From the NCBI RefSeq assembly GCF_036388275.1, contig NZ_DASVSF010000108.1, positions 13,626 through 77,625 of the forward strand: a stretch of DNA of 64,000 nucleotides, read 5' to 3'. The notes beneath the pieces are model-generated. The model was not told where the DNA came from and did not search any database. It worked only from the letters and a program-made list of their open reading frames with translations. The position numbers were made by a program, and so were the translations under genes. Below are positions 41,969-50,297 of this stretch, one piece after another. Position 1 is the stretch's first letter. Each line of letters opens with the position of its first letter. The stretch is from Longimicrobium sp. (GTDB taxonomy: Bacteria > Gemmatimonadota > Gemmatimonadetes > Longimicrobiales > Longimicrobiaceae).

Positions 41969-44086
41969 TCAGCGCGGCGCCGCCAGCCACCCCTCCAGCG
42001 CATCGACGGGCATGGGACGGGCGAAGAGGAAGCCCTGCGCGTGGCGGCATCCCAGCCGGTGCACGGCTTCCTGCTGCGCGGCGGTCTCCACCCCCTCCGC
42101 CGTCACGGCCAGTTCCAGCGCGTCGGCCAGCCCCACGATGCTGCGCACGATGGCCTGGTCCGCCGCGCTCTCGCCGATGCGCTGCACGAACGAGCGGTCG
42201 ATCTTCAGCCGGTCGAAGCCGAACTGGCGCAGGTAGGCGAGGGACGAGTAGCCGGTGCCGAAGTCATCCAGGCAGATCCGTACGCCCAGCTCGCGCAGCG
42301 TGGCCAGCACGGACGCGGCGGTCTGGAAGTCTTCCATGAACGAGGTCTCGGTCACCTCGATCATCAGCCGGCGCGCATCTACCCCGAAGCGGGCCAGCGC
42401 GTCGGTAACGTCCTGCACGGCGCGCGGATGCACCACGTGCCGGCCGGAGAAGTTGATGCTCACGGGCAAGCCGCCCAGCAGGGGATGGTCCGTCCACGCC
42501 TTCAGCTGCCGCGCCGCCGCCGCCAGCACCCAGCGGTCCAGGTCCACGATCTTCCCCGTTTCTTCCGCCACGGGAAGGAACGCCTGCGGCCCCAGCAGCC
42601 CGCGCTCCGGGTGGTTCCACCGCACCAGCGCCTCCAGCCCTTCCACCCCCCCGTCGGCCAGGCAGACGATGGGCTGAAAGTGAAGCGTCAGCTCGTCGCG
42701 GTCGATGGCGCGCTGAAGCTGCTTCTCCACCTCCAGCAGGGCCTCTTCGTGCGCCATCACCCCCGGCTCGGAAAAGCCGTGATGCCCGGCGCCCAGCGTC
42801 TTGGCGCGGTACATGGCGCGGTCGGCCATGGCCAGCACCCCCTCCGGCGTCTCCGCGCACGCGCCCAGCGCCACGCCGATGCTGGCCGAGCAGCACATCT
42901 CCACGCCTTCGATGGTGGCGGGCACGGCAAGCAGCCGCTGGATGCGCTGGACGACGGCGAGGGCGTCCTGCTCGCGCTCCACCCCGTGCAGCAGCGCGGC
43001 GAACTCGTCGCCGCCAATGCGCGCCACCATGTCGCTGGGCCGGATGGACGCGGCCAGGCGCTCGCCCACCACGGCCAGCAGCGCGTCGCCCGCCGCGTGG
43101 CCCAGGCGGTCGTTCACCGTCTTGAAGCGATCAAGGTCCACGAACAGCACCGCGAACTCGGCTCCGTGCTGGCCCTTGGCCTCGCACGCCTGCTGCAGCG
43201 CGCGCAGGAAGGCGGCGCGGTCGGGCAGGCGCGTCAGCGCGTCGCGGTCCACGTCGCCGGCCGGGACGGACGACTCCTCGCGCCCGCTCAGGTCCTCGCA
43301 CCACGTCACCAGCCCCATCGGCCGCTCGTCGTCGGCGGCGACGACGTCCGACCACAGGCGCACGGGAAAGCGGGTGCCGTCGCGCCGCACGTTCACCCGC
43401 TCGCGCACCCAGCGGCGCACGGGGCGCGCGGGCACGCCGCCCTGCGCGCTCCACAGCTCGGGCGGGGCCAGCGCGCGGGCGGGAAGGCCGTACATCTCGT
43501 CCAGCCGGTAGCCATGCATCTGGGCCTCGGCGGGGTTGGAGAAGACGATGGCCCCCGTCTCGTCGGTGATGGTCAGCCCACGATCCACCGCCGCCAGCGC
43601 TCGTTCCAGCAGCTCCAGCCGGGCCTGCGCCGCGCGCAGCGACTCGTCCGCGGCCTGCGCGCGGACCTCGGCCATGGCCGCGGCGGCCATGCATTCCAGC
43701 GCGGCGACCTCGCTCGCGGACCAGGGCCGAACGTTGAGGGCCACCAGCGAGCCGGCGGGCGCCTCGCCGGGGTTGGGCAGCGGAACGAGGGCGAGCGAGG
43801 GCCCAAAAACGAGCGATGGATCGCCGGTCGAGAGTGCGCGGAAGGTGCGGGATTCGCCCGCGTTCCGGGCGTCGCGCAGCGGCGGACCCAGGTGAAGGAT
43901 GGCGGCCAGCAGCGCCTGCTGGTGCTCCGGGGCGCCGGATGCGTGCACGGGAGGATGGCCGGCGCCTTCCAGCAGCACGGCGGCGGCGCCCAGGTTCAGC
44001 CGGGCGACGGCGTTCGCGGCCAGGCGGCGCAGGGTCTCGGCGCCGGGCCCGGAGGCCGCATCGAGTACGGACGGAGGAGTGCGCAT
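41969..44086 (-). CDS. GAF/PAS-GGDEF-EAL c-di-GMP signalling protein
   Basis: From the ATG at 44086: RIGGDEFAALL (GGDEF) and EALVRWNHPERGLLGPQAFLPVAEETG...DDFGTGYSSLAYL (EAL). Confidence 0.9.
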   Translation of the reverse strand: MRTPPSVLDAASGPGAETLRRLAANAVARLNLGAAAVLLEGAGHPPVHASGAPEHQQALLAAILHLGPPLRDARNAGESRTFRALSTGDPSLVFGPSLALVPLPNPGEAPAGSLVALNVRPWSASEVAALECMAAAAMAEVRAQAADESLRAAQARLELLERALAAVDRGLTITDETGAIVFSNPAEAQMHGYRLDEMYGLPARALAPPELWSAQGGVPARPVRRWVRERVNVRRDGTRFPVRLWSDVVAADDERPMGLVTWCEDLSGREESSVPAGDVDRDALTRLPDRAAFLRALQQACEAKGQHGAEFAVLFVDLDRFKTVNDRLGHAAGDALLAVVGERLAASIRPSDMVARIGGDEFAALLHGVEREQDALAVVQRIQRLLAVPATIEGVEMCCSASIGVALGACAETPEGVLAMADRAMYRAKTLGAGHHGFSEPGVMAHEEALLEVEKQLQRAIDRDELTLHFQPIVCLADGGVEGLEALVRWNHPERGLLGPQAFLPVAEETGKIVDLDRWVLAAAARQLKAWTDHPLLGGLPVSINFSGRHVVHPRAVQDVTDALARFGVDARRLMIEVTETSFMEDFQTAASVLATLRELGVRICLDDFGTGYSSLAYLRQFGFDRLKIDRSFVQRIGESAADQAIVRSIVGLADALELAVTAEGVETAAQQEAVHRLGCRHAQGFLFARPMPVDALEGWLAAPR

Positions 44087-44305
44087 GGCAGCACCTGTTC
44101 GGTAACCCGACCGGCATGGCCGCAGGAGAGCGCGGCGGTAGCCTCGTGGCTTTGCGTCCCCGCCTTTCGACGGGTTTGCCGTTGTCGTAGGTGCCCGGCG
44201 CGGGTAAGAACGGCCAGGCGGGTTCAATCACTTCCGGCAACCTTCGCCGTCGCATGGAAGGCGGCGCAAGGAACGTTCCCGGGAACGTCCGTCGCCGGAT
44301 GACGC

Positions 44306-44692
44306 TTACGGCGCGGCGGGAGGCGCCGCGGCGACGATCCGCAGTTCGCGCTCCTCGTCGCCCCGCTTCACGCGGACGGTGTACGCGCGCCCCGGCGCCA
44401 GCCCCGGAAACAGGGGACGCTCCAGGCTGTCGCGTCCGTCAATGGAGAGCACCACGTCGTCCACCATGAACCCTGCCGCGGCCGCCGGGGACTTCGGGGT
44501 CACGGAGGCCACGAACGGCCGCGCGTTGGGGAAGATGCGAAGTGCCAGGCCAAGGGTTCCCGCCGGTGGCCGCGGGTTCCGGACGCCCTGCGAGTCGGCG
44601 GCGGGCGCGGCCGGCACCGGTGCTGGCTGCTGCGCGCGAGCCGGGTGCGCGAACGCAATGGACAGCGCGGCTGCGGCGATGCTGATTCTCAC
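44306..44692 (-). CDS. Small secreted PDZ-domain protein
   Basis: GTG at 44692: VRISIAAAALSIAFAHPARAQQ signal, then LGLALRIFPNARPFVASVTPKSPAAAAGFMVDDVVLSIDG (PDZ GLGF-like loop). Confidence 0.55.
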   Translation of the reverse strand: MRISIAAAALSIAFAHPARAQQPAPVPAAPAADSQGVRNPRPPAGTLGLALRIFPNARPFVASVTPKSPAAAAGFMVDDVVLSIDGRDSLERPLFPGLAPGRAYTVRVKRGDEERELRIVAAAPPAAP

Positions 44693-44814
44693 GGGCAGAA
44701 CCTGGCGCGAAGGTGAGCGTCGGCGATGGGACGCGATTGGAAGCAAGCAGAAGTTGCGCACATCGTCAACTGTTTTCGCGCCCGCGTGCGCCCGGCCTCT
44801 ATCGCGACCCAGCA

Positions 44815-45495
44815 TCAGCACCACATGGCGAACGCGCGGGTGATGTCGGACGGGTGCTCGAAGGTCCAGTCGGGCGTCATCGCCTCGATGGCGTGCAGAA
44901 AGGTATCCTTCTCCCCCGGCGCGGTCTTGGGCCACAGCGCCGCGCCGATCCTCATCCCCGCGTTGCGCCCGGCCTTCAAGTCGCTGGTGGAATCGCCGAT
45001 GTAGATCGTGTCAGCCGGCTCTACACCCAGCGCCGCGGCGGCCGCGAGCAGGCCGGACGGGTCGGGCTTGGGCGCGTGCACGTCGTCGTCGGTGACCACC
45101 ACGTCGAAGTAGCTCAGGTCGGAGTAGATGTGCGTGACGTGCCACGCCTCGCGCCCCTTTCCGGTGACGATCCCCATCGGGTACCCTGCGGATTTCAGGG
45201 CAGACAGCATCTCGACAACGCCGTCGTAGGTGCCCTCGCCCTTCAGGTAGTACATCTCGCCGTACAGCTCCCGCATCTCCGCGTGGCAGGCCTCTCCGCG
45301 CTTCTCGCCGAGCCAGTCCACCAGGAAGCGCCGCTCGGAGACGGGATTTCGCCCGATGATCTCCTTGTCCGTGGGCGCGTAGCCCAGGTGCGGCTCCAGC
45401 GCGCGGCGGTAGCACTCCAGGTACAGGTGATACGTGTCGATCAGCGTGCCATCCAGGTCGAACAGGATGGCCGCGGGGGCACGGGAGGATGTCAC
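44815..45495 (-). CDS. HAD-superfamily hydrolase (phosphoglycolate phosphatase-like)
   Basis: AILFDLDGTLIDT (DxDGT motif I), IVTGKGR, YIGDSTSDLKAG (motif IV). GTG start directly abuts the upstream stop. Confidence 0.85.
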   Translation of the reverse strand: MTSSRAPAAILFDLDGTLIDTYHLYLECYRRALEPHLGYAPTDKEIIGRNPVSERRFLVDWLGEKRGEACHAEMRELYGEMYYLKGEGTYDGVVEMLSALKSAGYPMGIVTGKGREAWHVTHIYSDLSYFDVVVTDDDVHAPKPDPSGLLAAAAALGVEPADTIYIGDSTSDLKAGRNAGMRIGAALWPKTAPGEKDTFLHAIEAMTPDWTFEHPSDITRAFAMWC

Positions 45496-46938
45496 CTACG
45501 AGCCGTGGTAAAGGCGGTCGAGGTCCACGAGTTCCACGTCGGGGCGCGAGGCGGCGGCCGCGTCGATCTCGGGTGTGAACGCAGGGCCAAAGAGCAGCAC
45601 CTTGGCCTGTGCGGCACGCGCCCCCAGTGCCGCGCGCGCTTTCTCCAGGCGCCGCAGGTGCCCGATTCCGATCGTTTCGCCCGCCTTTGCCTCGCCGATG
45701 GCCAGCACCTGCCGCTCCGAAGCACCGGATGCTCCTTCGTCCGACGCCACCACCACGTCCAGTTGGCAATCCTTTCCGTCGATGATCGCGGATGAAGGGC
45801 CGACGATGTCGGGAGCGCCGCCCAGCGTCTCGGGGTCCGCGTAGCGACGCACCCACGCGCGCGCCTGCTCCTCGAACACGGGGCCCCGGACGCGCGCGTC
45901 GAACTGCGCGGAGAGCCTCCGCTCCCACGTGGAACTTGGATCCCGATCGCGCAGCAGCGAAGCGTGGGGCTCCAGGATCGCGTAGTGGAACTGCAGGAAG
46001 GAATCGGCGAGTGCGTATGTCGGCCGCTGCTCACGGATGGGATCGGAGTGCCGGACCACGAACCCCGCGGCGATCAGGCGCTTCAGCGGCGGGTCGATGT
46101 TCGATACGCTTCGGCGCAGCTGGTTGGCGATGGTTCCGGCCGTCACCGCCCCGTTCGCGATCGCCCCCAGGATGCTGTGGTGCATCGCCGGGCTCGCCGC
46201 CGACAACGTGGGATCCTCCGCGAGGAGCGTGGTCGCTTCGTGGTTGAGCGTGGCGGCAGGGGAAAGGACGCGGGCGGCCACCCAGCGGTCGAAGTCGTCC
46301 GCGCGGCTCGGCAGGTCGTGATCCACCATGTCCGTCGCGTAGCCGATCACGCCGCCGATGACGGCATAGACGCGGGCGGCGAGTTCCAGGCTGGGTGAGG
46401 GAAGGTGCTTCGCGGCCTCGCGGTAGTCGAACGGCTGCATGACCAGCTCCATGCCGGCCCGGCCGCGCAGGGGAGCCTCGCCGGTGGTCAGCGAGCGCAT
46501 CATGGCGATCGCGGAGCCGCACAACACGATCCGCGCTTGTCCGGGATGGGCTCGGCGGCCACCGGGGCCAAGGACCGCCGCGATGGTGGAGTCCACTGCC
46601 TGGTCAGCTTCGAGCAGATAGCCGAACTCGTCCAGCACCACGGGCGTCGGGCGGCTCGCCCCGAGCTGGATCAACTGCGCGAACGCTTCTTCCCAGCTTC
46701 CCAGGGACAGGCGCCCCACTCCAAGGTGCGCGCCCAGCGCTTCGCCCAGGCGAGCGAGGTGAACGGCCGATTCGCCCCGGGTCGCCTCCCAGTAAAACCC
46801 TCCGCGCTCCCTCGTCACCGCTTCGAGCAGCGTAGACTTTCCGATCCGCCGACGGCCGTACACCAGCCCCAGCGTGCTGCGGGCCGCCCCCGACTCGAAG
46901 AACGTTTCAATGTGAGGCCGGCTGGATGTGGTGTCCAT
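45496..46938 (-). CDS. AAA-type ATPase with wHTH and C-terminal DUF234-like PD-(D/E)xK domain
   Basis: Walker A YGRRRIGKSTLL, Walker B VVLDEFGYL. wHTH-like ILGAIANGAVTAGTIANQL. C-terminal CQLDVVVAS...VLAIGEAKAG (D..EAK nuclease-fold motif). Confidence 0.8.
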   Translation of the reverse strand: MDTTSSRPHIETFFESGAARSTLGLVYGRRRIGKSTLLEAVTRERGGFYWEATRGESAVHLARLGEALGAHLGVGRLSLGSWEEAFAQLIQLGASRPTPVVLDEFGYLLEADQAVDSTIAAVLGPGGRRAHPGQARIVLCGSAIAMMRSLTTGEAPLRGRAGMELVMQPFDYREAAKHLPSPSLELAARVYAVIGGVIGYATDMVDHDLPSRADDFDRWVAARVLSPAATLNHEATTLLAEDPTLSAASPAMHHSILGAIANGAVTAGTIANQLRRSVSNIDPPLKRLIAAGFVVRHSDPIREQRPTYALADSFLQFHYAILEPHASLLRDRDPSSTWERRLSAQFDARVRGPVFEEQARAWVRRYADPETLGGAPDIVGPSSAIIDGKDCQLDVVVASDEGASGASERQVLAIGEAKAGETIGIGHLRRLEKARAALGARAAQAKVLLFGPAFTPEIDAAAASRPDVELVDLDRLYHGS

Positions 46939-46949
46939 CGGTGCTCCCG

Positions 46950-47006
46950 GATACTCTCGCTGACGATACTCAATCGTACGATACTATCACCGGCTTGAGT
47001 ATTGTC
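46950..47006. promoter_or_regulatory. Iteron/operator-like array upstream of the AAA ATPase gene
   Basis: GATACT at 46950, 46965 and 46980 (15-bp spacing). GACGATACTCAA (46962-46973) faces its inverted near-copy TTGAGTATTGTC (46995-47006). Confidence 0.35.
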
Positions 47007-47099
47007 AAGAACTCGAGTGTTCGGGTAAGCGCGGCTCGCGTCTTGGTGACGGCTGCCGGCCGCAGGTGAGAGATCGTTCAGGCCAGATCACATACTCAA

Positions 47100-47165
47100 C
47101 GTACTCCCGCACTCACTTTCCCTCGATCTCCGTCCGGAGCCGCGTCAGCGCCTCCGCGGGTCACG
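47100..47165 (-). pseudogene. Duplicate of the 3' end of the dynamin-like gene (last ~13 codons plus downstream 8-mer motif)
   Basis: Minus strand reads ...PAEALTRLRTEIEGK*, versus ...AEDALMRLRTEIGGK* at 48337-48380. The downstream flank actcccgcactcactttcc matches actcccgcacttactttcc. Confidence 0.45.
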
Positions 47166-47249
47166 CCGATTGCGCGTACCGGTGCGGAAGGAACGCCGGC
47201 CACCGTACCGGGTATCCCCGTCCCGCTCCAGCGCTACGATCAACTGCTC

Positions 47250-47681
47250 TTGACACAACGATTTACGATGACGGCCAGACATATGCACGCGGCCTCGCTG
47301 GCGGCGCTTGCCGCCGTCCTCGGGGGGTGCGATTCGCCCGTAGGGGCACCCGGGGCATCGGCGCACGCTCGCGTCGATGCCATCGTACTCGCCCCGACGG
47401 GCCAGCCGGCCGCCGGGGTGGAGGTAACGGTTCGCGAGGCCCCGCCCTCGCTGCCGTACCAGTTCACCTCTGACCTCACCGATGCCCAAGGCAGGGCGTC
47501 GGTGACCATCTGGCGCCTGGGCGGGCCGGCGCCGTCCAGCCCCGACACGGTGTCGTTCGTGGTGATGGCCCAGGGCGGCGAACCCGCGGTGCGCGACAGC
47601 GTATCGGTGGTCGTGCGGTTCGCCCCGACGCGGGAAGCCGCGCGGGTGACCGACGCCAAGCTCGCCGTGACCACGCGCTGA
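47250..47681 (+). CDS. Hypothetical lipoprotein (about 140 aa)
   Basis: SLAALAAVLGGCDSP lipobox, then a CarboxypepD_reg-like VLAPTGQPAAGVEVTV...TDAQGRASV. Start ambiguous (47250, 47268 or 47283). Confidence 0.55.
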   Translation: MTQRFTMTARHMHAASLAALAAVLGGCDSPVGAPGASAHARVDAIVLAPTGQPAAGVEVTVREAPPSLPYQFTSDLTDAQGRASVTIWRLGGPAPSSPDTVSFVVMAQGGEPAVRDSVSVVVRFAPTREAARVTDAKLAVTTR

Positions 47682-47791
47682 TCGCCGGTCGCGAACTGGA
47701 CCGCGGACGAAAAACCGATCCCCTCTTCCCCGCCGCCGGGGGAAGAGGGGATCGGGCATGGGAGCGAATCCACACTCCCGGCGTGCACCGC

Positions 47792-48335
47792 GGCCCTGTC
47801 ATCCTGAGGCCCAGGCGCACCGTGCCATCCCGTACGCCAGACCTCGCGCACCGAAGGATCTAGCCGCGGACACGAATCAGCCGGGGCGCGGTAGCGGGCA
47901 TCAGTGCAGAGGCCGCGGGCCCGGGGCGGTTCGAACACGGCCGGCGCATACCTCGGCTGCCCTCTCCCCCGGCCCCTCTCCCGCAAGCGGGAGAGGGGAG
48001 AATTCGATCGCGCTTCCGCTGGCTTCCGTACACTCGAACGGCAGGAGCAGTCCGCGAAGGCGGACTTCGGGCCCTTGTTGCCGCGACTTTAGTCGCCCCA
48101 GCAGGGCCGAGGCCTCTGCTCGTGGTGAAAGCGGTCCCACACCGGTGTCCGAGCCCCCGCCGGGCATCCGAGTCCCCAGGCTCCGTGACCGCTGCCGAGC
48201 CCGGAGTTGTACGCATCTGCGGCTAGATCCTTCGGCCCGCGAGGGATGTGCTACGGGCCGGTGCCGTGCGCCTGGGCCTCAGGATGCCAGGCCCTTGGCG
48301 CACTCACCGCACTCCCGCACTCCCGCACTCCCGCA
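47792..48335. repeat. Repeat-filled spacer: Fam-B (47792-47868), Fam-D (about 47950-48010), Fam-C variant (about 48035-48100), inverted Fam-B (48215-48292), (GCACTCCC)3 microsatellite (about 48304-48335)
   Basis: cctgtcatcctgaggcccaggcgcac...ggatctagccgcgg; ccctctcccgcaagcgggagaggggag; cagtccgcgaaggcggacttcgg; ctagatccttcggcccgcgagggatgtgc...gcgcctgggcctcaggatgccagg. Confidence 0.8.
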
Positions 48336-48336
48336 C

Positions 48337-50100
48337 TTACTTTCCCCCGATCTCCGTCCGCAGCCGCATCAGCGCATCCTCGGCGACGACGAGCTCGCCG
48401 CGGGCCTCGTTCAGCTGCTGCTGCTGCACCTCCACGAACCGGCGGTACGGGGCGATGGACTCGTTCACCTTTTCCTGGCTGTCGCTGATGGCCGCGTGCA
48501 CCTGCCGCGTCAGCGAGTCGTCCAGCTTGGTGCGCAGGTCCGCCACCTTCTTGCTGAACTCCTCCTTGGCCTGCCGCCGCCGCGCGGGAAGGATGTACAG
48601 CCCCGTCACCGCCAGCGCCGTGGCCATCAGGATGCCCGTGAGGTCGGCCGCCGCGCCGGTGATCACCGTGGCCACCAGCGTGCCCAGGCCGATGGCGCCC
48701 ACACCCGCGATCATCGTCGTCCCCGCCCCGCCGCGGACCTCTTCCGCCAGCTTGCGGGCCTCGGCGTCGCGGTTGTAGCTGGAGACGGCCTCGCGCGCCG
48801 TGCTGCCGATAGACCCCAGCAGCGCCTGCCGGTTGTAGCTGAAGCCGCGCCCCACCTCGCCGATCATCCCCTCGCGGTGGCGGTTGATCTGCCGGCGCTC
48901 GATGTAGGCGCCGATGTCCTGCCACAGCTTCAGGTTGCGCTCCACGATCCAGTCGATGATGCGGTCTACCTCCTCGTCGATCAGCTTGGGGGTGTCGGCG
49001 ATCACCTGGCGCTCGAAGTCCACGCGGACGGTGTCGCTGCGCATCAGCTCGCGCACCTTGGTGATGCGGATGGTGGCATCGAAGAAGTTCAGCCCGCGTA
49101 CCTCCATCTCGCTCAGCAGCGCATCCAGCCGGCCCAGCCGCGGCCCGTAGTCGCGCAGCATCTCCTGGTGAAAGGCGCCCAGCTGCGCGTCGATGTTCTG
49201 CAGCGTCGCCACGTCTTCCGACAGCAGCTTCAATCGCTCGAATGCCGTTTCCTTGTACTTGGAGGCCAGCTTCAGCCCCACGTTCAGCGGGTTCAGCAGC
49301 TTCAGGCGAATGCGCTCCTGCTGGTCCAACGTGTTGAGCAGGAAGTCGTCGACGGCGGGAAACCCGCTGGCCGCGTACGCCGTCTCGTCACCGCCCTGGC
49401 GCGCCTGCATGGCCATCTTTGCCGACACGGGAAAGACGAGCGGCTCTTCGCCCAGCAGCGACGTGCCGTTGTCGCGCACGAAGCGCAGCACCTCGCCCCG
49501 GTCGCTCTCTGCACCCAGGATGTCGATCTTGTTGACGATGAAGACGATCTTCTTGCCCCAGGCCCGGATCTGCTCCAGGAAGGTGCGCTCGCTCTCGGTG
49601 AACGGCCGGTCTGCGGAGGTGACGAACAGCACCAGGTCCGACCGGGGAACGAAGTCGCGCGTAAGCTCCTCGTGCTCGCGCAGGACGGCGTTGGTGCCCG
49701 GCGTGTCGACGATGTTGATGTCGCGCAGCAGGGGCGCGGGGTGGGTGCGCTCCAGCAGGTAGGCCTCGATCAGCTCTTCCTCTACCGTGTCGCCCCAACG
49801 CAGGATGTTGATGCGGTCGGTGGTGGGGGTAACGCCCTCGGGCAGCACCCGCTCGCCGATCAGCGCGTTGATGAAGCTGCTCTTGCCGCTGTTGAACTCG
49901 CCGGCGATCACCAGCAGGAACAGCCCCGAAAGCTGCTCTCGCGCCTGCTCGAAGTGCTTGCGGTCTTCCGGGTCCACGTCCGTGCCGAAGCGGTCGAGCG
50001 CCTTGGCCAGCCGGTCCAGCAGCTCGCGTTCGCGCGCGCGCAGCTCGGCCTCGCGCTCGCCCAGGATGCTGTTTCGCCGCAGCAGTTTGCCGATCACCAT
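48337..50100 (-). CDS. Bacterial dynamin-like GTPase
   Basis: From the ATG at 50100: G1 GEFNSGKSSFINALIG, G3 DTPGTNAV, G4 NKIDIL. C-terminal hydrophobic paddle GAIGLGTLVATVITGAAADLTGILMATALAVTGLYIL. Confidence 0.85.
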   Translation of the reverse strand: MVIGKLLRRNSILGEREAELRARERELLDRLAKALDRFGTDVDPEDRKHFEQAREQLSGLFLLVIAGEFNSGKSSFINALIGERVLPEGVTPTTDRINILRWGDTVEEELIEAYLLERTHPAPLLRDINIVDTPGTNAVLREHEELTRDFVPRSDLVLFVTSADRPFTESERTFLEQIRAWGKKIVFIVNKIDILGAESDRGEVLRFVRDNGTSLLGEEPLVFPVSAKMAMQARQGGDETAYAASGFPAVDDFLLNTLDQQERIRLKLLNPLNVGLKLASKYKETAFERLKLLSEDVATLQNIDAQLGAFHQEMLRDYGPRLGRLDALLSEMEVRGLNFFDATIRITKVRELMRSDTVRVDFERQVIADTPKLIDEEVDRIIDWIVERNLKLWQDIGAYIERRQINRHREGMIGEVGRGFSYNRQALLGSIGSTAREAVSSYNRDAEARKLAEEVRGGAGTTMIAGVGAIGLGTLVATVITGAAADLTGILMATALAVTGLYILPARRRQAKEEFSKKVADLRTKLDDSLTRQVHAAISDSQEKVNESIAPYRRFVEVQQQQLNEARGELVVAEDALMRLRTEIGGK

Positions 50101-50139
50101 CCGCCCCCTCGCCGTTCCAGGCTCATCACGTGATACAAA

Positions 50140-50170
50140 GCGGCCCCACGTTGCGCAAACGTGGGGCCGC
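50140..50170 (-). terminator. 13-bp-stem hairpin between the DUF1028 gene and the dynamin-like gene
   Basis: GCGGCCCCACGTT-gcgca-AACGTGGGGCCGC. Confidence 0.5.
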
Positions 50171-50187
50171 ACTGATGAACTGCCATC

Positions 50188-50292
50188 TCACACGGAGGGC
50201 ACGGAGGTCACGGAGGAGGATGGGGAGGAGATTACATCCTCTTCCGTTCCTCCTTTTTTCCTCCGTGTACCCCGTGCCCTCCGTGTGAGGCT
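50188..50292. repeat. Fam-E long palindromic repeat
   Basis: TCTCACACGGAGGGCACGGAGG...about 60 nt...CCGTGCCCTCCGTGTGAG. A related copy lies at 55018-55096. Confidence 0.75.
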
Positions 50293-50297
50293 TTCTT

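Noticed and set aside
41954-44302. 782-aa plus-strand ORF, and similar long ORFs at 47758..50133, 53245..54960, 54973..56307, 55122..56423, 61638..63302, 39605..41023, 10794..12509 and 11889..14579 (upper part)
   Set aside because: All are antisense or off-frame relative to genes with clear family motifs, and all have the same low-complexity high-GC composition.
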